DNA from: Heterodontus francisci
Lineage: Eukaryota
NCBI RefSeq assembly: GCF_036365525.1
Contig: NC_090379.1
Coordinates: 35,796,855-35,860,854 of the forward strand
Length of the DNA: 64,000 nt
Reading direction: 5' to 3'
Shown: positions 51,501 through 62,740 of the stretch, in pieces
How positions within the stretch are numbered: the stretch's first letter is position 1
How the letters are laid out: the number at the start of each line of letters is the position of its first letter
The notes under the pieces: generated by a model
What the model was told of the DNA's origin: nothing
What the model saw: the letters and a program-made list of their open reading frames with translations, nothing else
Database searches by the model: none
Position numbers and translations under genes: made by a program

Positions 51501-51657
51501 TTGCGTGCTATTTTAATTAACAGATGAATCTGATGTGGGTTGATGCCTCTATTAAAATAGAGAAAGAAATTTGATGCATTACTTTAAATGTTCACACATT
51601 AATACTGCACAGAATTTGAGACAGAACCTCAGTCAAAATTGAATAATTAGCACTTAC

Positions 51658-51798
51658 CAATGTTGGCATTGCTGTGAAATGGAAGGCTTTGTCATTTAGG
51701 AGTTTTTTCAGAACATACACAGCATCAAAATGTTCTGCATTCACCATTTCCTCTTGGCAACTTAGCACCTCACCCCAGTCCTTCAATGCCATCCTTAT
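51658..51798 (-). CDS. SNAPC1: SNAPC1 coding exon 3
   Basis: IRMALKDWGEVLSCQEEMVNAEHFDAVYVLKKLLNDKAFHFTAMPTL; cctacag| and TTG|gtaagt; 141 nt. Confidence 0.96.
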
Positions 51799-52466
51799 CT
51801 GTAGGTAATATAGACTTAACCGGTCATTATATGAACATCATTTAAGGTATTTAATTCAAAGTCCATCATGGCATTAAGGAGGGGAAAATTACCTGGGGCT
51901 TCCATTCATGACAGTTATGTGTCTGGGTATAAACTTATAGCTAGATTATGATGGCAAGGAGACAAAATTCAAATAAAATCAGGCTATGTGCAGCAAAATA
52001 GGAAAGAACAGTTGAACATATGGGGGACTACACAGAATGTACAGCACAGAAAGAGGCCATTCAGCCTAACTGACCCATAACAAGCTTCCTCGTAGCCTTC
52101 TTCATCTAACCTCATCAACACATCCTTTTATTCCTGTCTCCCTCTAGTGTTTATCTAGGTTTCTTTTAAATGCATCTGTGCTATTTGCCTCAAATACTCC
52201 TGTGGTAGGGAGTTCCACATTCTAAGTAGTCTCTGGGTAAAGTAGTTTCGTCCGAATTCCCTATTGGATTTATTAGTGACTATCTTATATTTCTGGCCCC
52301 TAGTTACGACCTTCCCCACAAGTGAAAAAATCTAAAGTATATTTGATAGCCATAGGAGGGGGGGAAATGTATGAATCTCCATGATATTTACAATTTTGGA
52401 ATAATCAAACAGGTAACAAAAGAAATGATCACTCAACAAATTTTACTAGGATAATGTTGTGCTTAC

Positions 52467-52626
52467 CTTTTCCTTAGGCTGACAAAGTTGTGTATTGTAT
52501 AGTCCGTAAAGAAGGTACAAGCCTCCAAACCGGATCTGAAAACTGTAAGGGGGGAAAAAGTACTGACTTGCCAGTGCTAATGCTTCCCTGGTGAACTTCC
52601 TACCGTCAGTTATTCCCATTTTTCCA
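52467..52626 (-). CDS. SNAPC1: SNAPC1 coding exon 2
   Basis: (Y)GKMGITDGRKFTREALALASQYFFPPYSFQIRFGGLYLLYGLYNTQLCQPKEK; ttttccag| acceptor, AAG|gtaagc donor; 160 nt, phase fits exon 1. Confidence 0.96.
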
Positions 52627-53224
52627 CTGGAAAAGATCAAATGTGCTTATGTTAACACTTTACATATTTATATGGATTTCAATGTAATGTGCATGAAGCA
52701 ATAAGTAGATCACAGAGCAGAGGGACACAGCAATCTCATGAGACGGGATGTTGTACTTCAAACTTACATGGCAACCTACATTCCTGGGCTGCCACTCAAG
52801 TCTTTTCCTTAGCCCTAGGAAATGGAGTTGTGGCTTTGAGAAACGACTTAAAAGCTACAACCTTAAATGCTATAGTTTGTTGCAAGATAGTTTGTTCTTA
52901 GTGCACTGCCATTGAGGTTTGTCACTGCTGAGTCCTTGGGAGCATTGTATTCAAACTTGAAGCTCTTGCCCTTTGTTTTAATAGTCCTAAACCAGTCACT
53001 AATATAAAGAGCAACAGAGTGTGAAAAAAATGTTGTAAAATTGCAAAGTCCTTTTTAACAACTTACTTTTATACAGCACGTTTAATGTAGCAAAACGTCC
53101 TAAGATGCTTCACAGGAGTATTATGGGAAAAAATCTGAAATTATTACCCATATTTATATTGCAGGAACAATGACATAAGAGGCGTGCACCATGTTTGCAA
53201 TTACATATAAATGTATTTCAGAGA

Positions 53225-53525
53225 TATCTGCACTCCTCCCAATTCCGGCCTCTCTAGCATACGTGATTTTAATTGCTCCACCATTGGCGGCTATGCCTTC
53301 AGTTTCCTAGGCCCTAGAGTCTGGTATTCCCTCCCTAAACCTCTCCTCCTCTTTCCTTCTTCAAAACATGTTTTAAAGCCTACCTGTTTGACCAAACTTT
53401 CTCATCTGCCTTAGTATTACCTTCTGTGGCTCAGTATCAAATTTTGTTTGATAACATTTCTGTGAAGTGCCTTGGGATGGTCTACTACATTAAAGGCGCT
53501 ATATAAATGCAAGTTGTTATTGTTG
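53225..53525 (+). mobile_element. L2-like 3' end
   Basis: GGYAFS..GPRVWYSLP; GGCGCTATATAAATGCAAGTTGTT tail. Confidence 0.7.
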
Positions 53526-54780
53526 AGAAGAACTGGAGTACCACTAATACTTGCAATTTTATTACCATTGATTCAGAGTACAAGCAGTACCACATCTGAT
53601 GTGGTCTACAGCAGGGATTCTCAACAGGGGCTCCACGAAGAGAGTGGCACAAAAAATAAATTCCCATAAGAACATTGCTGAATGACATCTGGGTCTACTG
53701 TGGAAACCATCACCACAGGCTCATGATCATTGGTCCACCATGTTGCCAAGGAGACAGCATCCAGTCTCAGCAAGTGCACTCCGCTTGGCGCACTAGTAAC
53801 AGGACAAGAGGAAAAGCAAGAGCTGGTACTGCCAACAACATCGTTAGTCTCAGCAACACTCTTATCAGCTCCAGTGGCACTTTACCAACATTAGCAACAG
53901 CCCACGAACATCAGTATAACTATCAACTTTGGCAGCAGTCTACTAACTTAAGTAGAGCTCTAACCAACGTCAGAAACAGTCTTAACTTCATAATAAATCT
54001 AGCAACCTCTGTGCCAACCAACCAACTTCAGCAACACTCTACCATCTTCAGCAGAACCCTACCAACCTCAGCCACAGTTTATTAGCTACAATGAAAGCCT
54101 ATTAGCTCCATTAACACTCACCAAAGGAAAATCAGCAGAATCAAGATAAAATACAAAGAACAGAAAAAATTGTTGTAAACATTCACAATAAGTACCAGTT
54201 ATGGATACATTTTTACTTTGATACCTCCACATCTTGACAGAATTGTTGCTCAGCACCAGCAACATGTTTCACTTCAAGTAAAAGAAAACTAATAAATATG
54301 TTTAATTGTATAACTTATTTTTATATAGAAAGAATACTTGTGTTGCGTTACAGTGAGTCCAAAGAATTTTTATAACATTGGGGGTGTGAGGGGGGGGGGG
54401 GGAAAAAAAAAAAGAGGGTGGGCTCAGAAGCAAAATGGTTGAGAACCCCTAGCTTACAACGTTTGTGCTTGCAGTGGAATTGAATTCCAAGAATGCTACA
54501 GTTGTGAGAGGAAGGGGTGTTGGGGAACAGAATAAGATCAAAAAATTGCTTGGTACTTCTACACACCTCGAATTACTACTTACACATCTGTGTGCTTTTA
54601 ACGTTACATTGCGGCCTGGAACATTCCTGATGTTGTGTGGGGGAGGACAGACACAGTAGGTGCAGTAGGTTTCCTTTCCTGAACCAGTTGGTTTTATTTT
54701 TTACAACAATCCAGCAGCTTTTATGGTCACTTTCTGGTGCTAGCCCAAATTGCCAGATTCACAGAATTCAATTTCACAAC

Positions 54781-55687
54781 TTTATGAAAGTGCTTCCATG
54801 TTTTACTTTTTTTTTGAGGACTCGTGTTTAAAAATTGTGGAAATTGATTCATTTGAAAGACTGGAGATTCCATAGATGCTGGACTAGGGTTCTTTTTTTA
54901 AAAAAAGGTCACTGGAAGGACTTGGGACTTTGTTTAAAAACAAACCCTTACTGGAAGTCACATATCTTAAGCTAAGTAAACAGCAGGAGCCTTGATGACT
55001 ATGGGAGTTGTTTACAGAGAAGTGACATGTTAAGATTTATGGCGGTCAAGAGTTGGTTTCATTTTTGGATATTGTTTTGAGACAGTTGGGGGTAAGCCTA
55101 CTGCGAGAGGGAAGCCATCAGCTCATACTTTTCCACCTCTTGAGAAACCCTGAGAATCTGGTGTTAGGACTAGAAAAACTGATGCAACATTTATCCTGAA
55201 AAGCCTGCCAGATTAATCCTCGATGTTGCCTGAAGAGAACTGCTCCAAAAAGATCCCAGTGACACCTGTCCATGTGCATCTGGACGCCAAACTAAAGGGC
55301 CAGCTGAGATCATTCCATATCTTATCCTTTTTTCTTCAAGAATTAGCAAGTATTTGGCCAAAGTATTTTTTTTTGTCTTTTTTGTAAAGTTAATCTGTGC
55401 AGAGAAAACTTTTTTTTCTTTAACCGGTGTATGTGTTGGGTTAATTTAGAAGGGAACTTTCATATTTCAACCTGCGTGTTAATAAGCTTTGTATCCTTTT
55501 TGAATAAGTCTTGTTTTATAATAAATTAATTTGTTGTTTATTAAAGAAATCTGGTTGATGGATTTTATTCTGAAACTGAAATAAATTATATAATTGGCCA
55601 TATCGGTAACTGGGTAAAACATTTAAATATATGCTGTGACCCATGGAGAAGTGGAACTAGAGAAAGACAGTGCACTCAGTCGTAACA
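54781..55687 (+). mobile_element. Probable solo LTR (second family)
   Basis: Ends GTCGTAACA like the other LTRs, has AATAAA near 55520, and splits a SINE-like flank (CACAACT|...|ACTTATG). The 5' TG is not intact. Confidence 0.55.
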
Positions 55688-56422
55688 ACTTATGATGAGG
55701 TTTGAATACTCGACCTCTGGATTGCTAGCCCAGTATAACCAACACATTTGTGCCCATAATTACTGCACTTTTTCTTGTTTGACGTATTTTAGGATACCCA
55801 AATGAATACCTATTTAATGAAGATAAATAAATACATACATTAACCATTTTATAAGAATGTCAAATCCCAACTTCATACTAGGTTAGTAGCAGAAGTTCGA
55901 CGTTTTGGTGCTTTTAAATTTTAATTGCACAAAAACTATAATTTTCAATATACAAACACCTTCGAACTTTTGAGAAGATGGTTACTTGAATCTGCCTACT
56001 GTGGTTGGTGATAAAACTGTGCTCTTGGGCCTACCCTGAAGACCCAGTTGGTAAACACGGAGAGTAGTTGTGGCTGAGCCATTTAACGGTAAAGATTCCT
56101 GATTCAACAGCTGGTCTGTGCTGAGTTAGCTGATGGCAACTGGGTGGCAGCAAGAGCAGCTGACTTCAGGGTCTCTGATCTAGGCAGAACAAAAATCAGC
56201 CTGATCCCTACTGTAGTGCACTTGTTTGTGATCCAGGTCAGAACTGGATCAGGCTCAGGTATGATACACTTCATGGCTAAATAGACTCAATAGCCGCTGT
56301 GTCAGCTCGCACATGAATAAAGGTCATTTGGGCAAGATACCGGTGGGAAACTAACACCACAGAAGTGCAGCCCAGCAGCTACAGTCAATGCATTCAGAGG
56401 ACAGAATTGTTCAAGCTCTTAC

Positions 56423-56550
56423 TAAAAGATAGTGGAGAACTTCATGTCCCTCCAGATAGTGGAGAACTCTTCATACCGCACACTTTCAGTCTGCTGAAAG
56501 CGTAACAGCAGTCTCTCAAAATCAGTCTTCAAGCCAGCCGTCAATGACAT
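56423..56550 (-). CDS. SNAPC1: SNAPC1 (snRNA-activating protein complex subunit 1, SNAP43) coding exon 1
   Basis: Translates MSLTAGLKTDFERLLLRFQQTESVRYEEFSTIWRDMKFSTIF, similar to the recalled human N-terminus (GLQTDCEALLSRFQETDSVRFEDFTELWRNMKFGTIF). Donor TA|gtaaga; upstream acceptor ttgcccacag| at 56581; 128 coding nt. Confidence 0.93.
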
Positions 56551-57159
56551 GATTTCTGCAACGTCTTCAGTCACAGATAGCCTGTGGGCAAACAAAGATC
56601 AAACAAAATAAGATACATTTAAAGGCAGGAATAAAGCACTGAATATATTGTGTGTGTAAAATACAACTACTTAGTTACCCATGTTTCAAAATAACATGGT
56701 GGGATCTCACAGGATAAGCTTGCTGAACCACTGGGTAGCTGAGCTACACAGACCAGGAAGGTTCAATCACAGACTGTGCAAATCAGCATGTAACATCCAG
56801 GGCAGCTGTGAATGGTAAAAGCAGGGTTTGGGTGAGCCATTCAATTCAGAATGTTCCACATTCAATAGCTAGGCTGCATTAAGTTAGCTGACCTCAGTGC
56901 CCCTGAGTTAAGGAGAACAAAAATAAATTAACCTAGGTTTCCTACCAAGCAGCCATTGCTGGAAGTTAATGTCTTGACATTGGGTGACATGAAAATGTCT
57001 ACTATTATTGCAGTATGATGAATCAACCAAATGCAGAATTTACACACACATAGCTTGTCCCTTAAGATCATGCTTCTTCACAATGTAGTCTGAGCATCAC
57101 CACCAATTCAAAGAGGATTGTCATCCATCAAGAAAATCTCAATATACATTAAGTGGAAA

Positions 57160-57290
57160 ATAAATAAAAGCAAAATACTGCGGATGCTGGAAATCTGAAA
57201 TAAAAACAAGAAATGCGGGAACCACTCAGCAGGTCTGGCAGCATCTGTGGAAAGAGAAGCAGAGTTAACGTTTCGGGTCAGTGACCCTTC
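57160..57290 (-). mobile_element. Penelope-like terminal fragment
   Basis: Reverse complement of 11874-12004, truncated within the hammerhead core; AAATAAA on both sides. Confidence 0.75.
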
Positions 57291-58018
57291 AAATAAAGAT
57301 GGATATGGCCATGCTCTTCGATACTGGACACATTCTCAGATCTTTTTCTAAGCAATCCCACATCACCTCACTAACTGAGGTTACAGCCACAGAATGTGCT
57401 GGGAACTCATATTAAACTAACATGTAGACAGAACAATGTTATCAAGTGATGGGCCTTTGGCTTAAATCCCAATATTAGTCACTTTAAATGAAAGGCATAG
57501 CTTTCCCATCTTACCAACACTATTTTTAAATAAACACACTCCATTTTAGAGACAGGGATTTCCAATGTAAAAAATGTCAATAGTTGACGATTATCATGTC
57601 CGCAAATGACACCTTAATAGGACTGCCAATTCTAAACTGTGCAATGGGGTGTCATGGGTCACATGCATGTCATCCAACTGCACTTTTTAAAAAGCAAAAT
57701 ACTGCAAATGCTAGAAATCAGAAAGTGCTGGAAACATTCAGCAAATCACTCAACCTCCTTGGAAAGAACAGACAAGTTAGTGTTTCAGGTGCAGACCCTT
57801 CAAGATCCCAGTTTAAATAAGAGTCTCCGTGCAAAATTTTAACTTGCTTGTTATCTCCACCGATGCTAAGTAACCTGTGGTTTCTCCAAGCCTTTGTGCA
57901 CCCAAAAAAAGTCAGCTCAAACCATCACATTTATTACCAGTCACCTCTGGCCACAACAAAATGCACACGTGCCCCTGTAGTTAAAGATAGCACAGTGAAA
58001 AACAGCTTCCACGTTTAC

Positions 58019-58460
58019 CTTTAAGAAGTTATTTTAACTGTAAACTGAAGATTGCAACAGGGTTTTTTCTGGGTGGGTGAAGAGCTGGGAATGTGCAGGA
58101 ATCAACATTACAGAACTCAGCAAACAGAAGCTCCCGCTGAACAGTGCTGATATTATGCAGAGTTTAACAGCGACATTTCCAGCTGTGGGCATCAAGAAGC
58201 TCTTTTAAATGTTCCTCAAGTAGAAACTGTACCAAGGACCCGGCCGCAGATTCACAAATGCGCTCCAAGCCTCCGATCACAGGTAGCAGCGTCACCCCGG
58301 GCCCACTGCCAGCAATATGACATGTAGTCCCGGTGAGTCCAAAACAACCTCGGGCCCGGATTCCTAGGAACGGCTATAGGAACCAAACTACGGCCCCTCG
58401 TCGAGACCAAAAAGTGGAAGCGCTGTTCTTTTTGTGGCCTACGGAGGAACTGCAGAGCAA
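58019..58460 (-). promoter_or_regulatory. CpG-enriched putative SNAPC1 promoter / non-coding first exon
   Basis: Local CpG/GC enrichment at 58230-58445, upstream of the ATG exon. That exon has an acceptor, so an upstream exon is required; candidate donor AAG|gtaaac at 58019/58018. Confidence 0.5.
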
Positions 58461-58607
58461 GAAGAAAAAAGCAAACTGATCAATAGATATGTCAAATCAG
58501 TCAATGTAAAACAAAACTTAAATAATTTGAAGCAGGGCAAAGATTAATGAACACAATTTTTTTAGAAATAGGTAAAATAAATTGTAATAAAAACATCAGC
58601 TAACTTT

Positions 58608-60320
58608 TTTTATTTATTAAGAGGATGTGGGCGTTGGCAAGGCCGGCATTTGTTGCCCTTCCCTAAGACCCTTGAGAAGGTGGCCACCTTCTTGAACCGC
58701 TGCAGTCCGTGTGGCTTAAGTACGTTCACAGTGCTGTTTGGAGTTCCAGGATTTTGATCCAGTAACACTGAAGGAACGGCGATATAGGTTGAAGTCAGGA
58801 TGGATGTGTGCATTGGAGGTGGTGGTGTCCCCATGCAACTGCTGCCCTTGTTCTTCTAGGTGGTGGAGATCACAGGTTTAGAATCTGCTGTCAAGGGAGC
58901 CTCAGCGAGTTGCTGCCGTGCATTTTTTAAGATAGTACACGCTGCTGCCACTGGTGGAATGAATGTTTAACGTGGTGGCTGGGGTGCCAATCAAGCAGGT
59001 TGCTTTGTCCTGGATGTGTTTTTAGAGCGGCACTTATCCAGACAAATGGAGAATATTCCATCATCATACTCCTGACTTGTGTCTTGTAGATGGTGCCAGG
59101 CTTTGGGGTATCAGGAGGTGAGTCACTCACCACAGAATACCCAGCCTCAGAGCTGCTCTCGTAGACACAGTACTTATGTGGCTGGTCTAATTAAGTTTCT
59201 AATCAATAGTGACCCTCAGGATGTTGATGGTGGGGGAGTCAGTGATGGTAATGCCATTGAATGCCACTGAATGGTATTTAGATTCTCTCTTCTTGGAGAG
59301 GGCCATTGCCTGGCATATGTGTGGCGCAGCTACTACTTGCAACTTATCAGCCCAAGCCTGAATGCTGCCCAGGTCTTGCTGCATGTGGGCATGGACTGCT
59401 TCATTATCTGTGCAGTTGCAAATGGAACTGAACACTGTGTAATCATCAGTGAACATCCATACTTCTGACCTTATGATGGTGAGAAGGTCATTGATGAAGC
59501 AGCTGAAGATAGTTGGGCCTAGGACACTACCTCGAGGAACTCCTGCAGCAATGTCCTGGGGCTGAGATGATTGGCCCCCAACAACTAAGGCCATCTTCCT
59601 TTATACTAGGTATAACTCCAACCAGTGGAGAGTTTCCCCCCTGATTCCCATTGATTTCAATTTTGATAGGGCTTCTTGATGCTACACTCAGTCAAGTGCT
59701 GTATTGACGTCAAGGGCAATCACTCTCACCTAACCTCTGGAATTCAGCTCTTTTATAGAATCATAGAATTGTTACAGTGCACAGAAGGAGGCCAATCGGC
59801 TCATCATGTCCACACTGGCTCTCTGAAACATCAATTCCCTCAGTCCCATTCCCCTGCCTTCTCCCCATAACCCTGCACATGCTTCCTTTTCATATAACTG
59901 TCTAATTCCCTTTTGAATGCTTCAATTGAACCTGCCTCCACCACTTTTTCAAGCAGCACATTCCAGACCTTAACCATTCGCTGCATGAAAAAGCTTTTCC
60001 TTTTGTCACTTTTGCTTCTCTTACCAAATACTTTAAATCTGTGCCCTCTCGTTCACAAAATTTTCATGAGTGGGAACAGTTTCTCTCTATCTACTCTGTT
60101 CAGACCCCTCATGATTTTGAAAACCTCTATCAAATCAAATTTTCCCCATGTTTGGACCCAGGCTATAATGAGGTCTGGAGCTGAGTGCTCCTGGTGGAAC
60201 CCAAAATCGGCATCATTGAGCAGATTATTGGTAAGTGCCACTTGGTAACACTATTGACAACACCTACCATCACTTTGCTGATTATTGTAAGTAGACTGGT
60301 GAGGTGCTAATTAAGCAGAT
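58608..60320 (-). mobile_element. Decayed CR1/L2-group LINE with a nested CR1 fragment (~59755-60135)
   Basis: GVPRGSVLGP..INDL, FGFHQEHSAPDL; the nested piece reads DLIEVFKIMRGL. Confidence 0.85.
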
Positions 60321-60321
60321 C

Positions 60322-62740
60322 TGTCAGGCAAGCCCCCTACCTGCCAAGACTTAGGCACACATTATTTCGCCACATGAACATTAAAACTTAAAATTGCAAG
60401 CCCCTGACTGGAAAGACATTTGCATAGTAACAGACAGTGTTGGAAACAAGGGGACCCAGTTGTTGCTTCCCCAATACACAGAAGAAGTGGTCTGACCGGT
60501 TTTAGTCACATGACTGACTGACTGACTTGGAGTTTTTTGAATTTGAACTTCCAACAGGGAAAGAAATCAGAACACTGTTTTCTCCTGGACTGAGAGCATC
60601 TCTCTCCTGTCTACTCTCATCTTGCTCTCATCAGCTTCGGAAACCATTGAAAACATATGACCCCCAAGAGAGAAAAGTCTCCTATAGTAAACAAGGTTGA
60701 AGAAGAATACTGGATCCCAACGAAAAGTAAGAGCTGTCTACAATCAAAGACTCTACGGCAAGTTGGAAACACAGAAACAGTAATAAAGAACCCCCTTTAG
60801 AGACTGCCTCAAACCTCTCCATTTTATTTTTTCTTCTCTATTCTGTCCCTATTTGCATGTGTGTATCGCATGTACATGCTAGCATTGGCGCATCGTATAT
60901 CCGTAGGTGTTAACTGAATTAGAGTTTAAGTAAGTTTAATAAATTTCACTCTTCTTCTTTAAACCTAAGAGAAACCTGGTGTGCTCATTCCTTTGCCTTA
61001 TAATTGGATAGCTGTAAACAAGGATTCACAAAGGGGCAGCTCAAAACACAGTGTGTTTAAAAATAAACCCTGTTACAATAAGACCAGGTGAAGACAGCAA
61101 AAGACCCCTAGACACCTTTCCCACCTGGTCGTAACAGAAATTTGGGTGCTAGAGTCTGGAATTTTACCCACAGACTAACGAGTGAAATTGGAAGTGCGAA
61201 GCCAAATTGTTCCCAATCAATAAGAGCAAATTCCAATACAGGTTTTCTTGTGGTTGTGTGTGATTGAAAACTAACACGTCTGCAACTGAAACTAGCAGCT
61301 CTCCAAGCCAGGGTGAAGTAACTTGGGATAAGTTAAAAGCACTGTCTATGGAGGAGTTGTGAAAAATGGCTGAGCAGTGTGGGATCACTGTACGTGGCAA
61401 GGCTAGGAAGTCTGAACTCCTAAGGCTAGGGTCCAACCATTTTTCCCTTGAATCTGAAGAAGCGGAAGCAGTCTTAGAAGGAGACCCAGAGAGGGTACTG
61501 CTAGCAAAGATACAATTGGAACAAAAGAAACTTGAATTAGAAGACAGGGAAAGAGAAAGGGAGAGACAGGAAAAAGAGAGAGAGAGAGAGACAGGAAATA
61601 GAGGGAGGAGAGGGAGAAAGAGTGAGCCTTCCAAAAGGAACGTGAAGAAACAGAAAGGCAGAAGAAAGAAAGAGAGAGGCGAGAGAGAGAAAGAGTATTC
61701 TGGAAAGAATCCAAAGAGAGGGAGCTGAAATAGCTTGAGTTAACTGGGGAGCGACAGAGTAAACCCAGCAAAAGCATAGCCAATATGGAGGAGCAGAATT
61801 CAGGGCTGGGTACAAAGTTGCTAAAACTCGCTTAATTAATTCCAAAATTCAATGAGGAAGATGTGGAAGTGTTTTTCGTGTCTTTTGAGAAACTGGCAAG
61901 GCAGCTAAACTGGCCAGCTGAGACCTAGTCTCTCTTATTGCAAAGCAAACTAACCGGAAAAGCCTGCAAGGTTTATTTGCCAGATGAGAGGTCATAAAAT
62001 TATGAACTGCCCAAAAATGCTAACCTCGGGGCATATGAATTAGTAACCGAAGCCTATCGCCAAATGTTTGGTACCCTCAAAAAGCAAGCCAATCAAACTT
62101 ATCTGGAGTTTGAAAGAAGTAAGCAGCTGGCTTTTAGCCAGTGGCTGAGGGCTTTAAAAATACAGCTCAGCTATGAGACTCTGAGAAATAATCCTGTTAG
62201 AGGAATTTAAAAACTCTCTCCCACTCTCAATAAAGACCCATGTAGAGGAGCAGCGGGTTCAGAGAGCCCGGCAAGCAGCCGTTCTGGCCAATGAGTTTGC
62301 TTTAATTTTTATGTCGGTTTCCCAGGGGAGAACTTCTAATCACCCCTAAAAATCAAAAAAGGAGAAAGGGTGGGAAGGTGACAGGAGCCCGGGCAGTTCT
62401 GGAAGAGAAAGGAAAGCAGGAGACACAGGGGTCCCTCCTTCAGCCAAAAAAGGAAGGTGCTGTGAGCAAGAGTGAGACCTGGAGATCTGTGTACTTTCAT
62501 TGTAATAAGGCAGGGTATTTAAAAGCTGACTGCTGAAAACTAAAGGGGAAACTGGGTTTAATCAGGGCACACCCACTCAGTGAAGACAAGGGCCTAATGC
62601 AAAACACAGAACAAGCTGTGATTTTAACTGCAGTAAAAGTGCAAAACAGGAAGCTTACTATGGCTAGTGCAGGAAAAGCTAATAGGGTTCCTGAAGGTTA
62701 TCAGGGTTTTGTATTTGAAGGGAAAGTAACCCCAAATCCA
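60322..62740 (+). mobile_element. Decayed gypsy LTR retrotransposon: 5' LTR 60322-61136, PBS, gag
   Basis: TG...CA LTR; degenerate tRNA-Pro-like PBS (TGGGTGCTAGAGTCTGGAAT vs TGGGGGCTCGTCCGGGAT). Broken gag with an E/R coiled coil, IPKFNEEDVEVFFVSFEKLA..LLLQSKLTGKA, YELVTEAYRQ, ILLEEFKNSLP and a degenerate CCHC knuckle. Confidence 0.88.

Noticed and set aside
53675-54085. 136-aa S/T/N/Q-rich ORF
   Set aside because: Low-complexity CA-rich intronic sequence antisense to SNAPC1, with no recognisable motif or splice support.
61164-61845. Minus-strand S/L/F-rich ORFs
   Set aside because: Antisense of the GA-rich coiled-coil part of gag.
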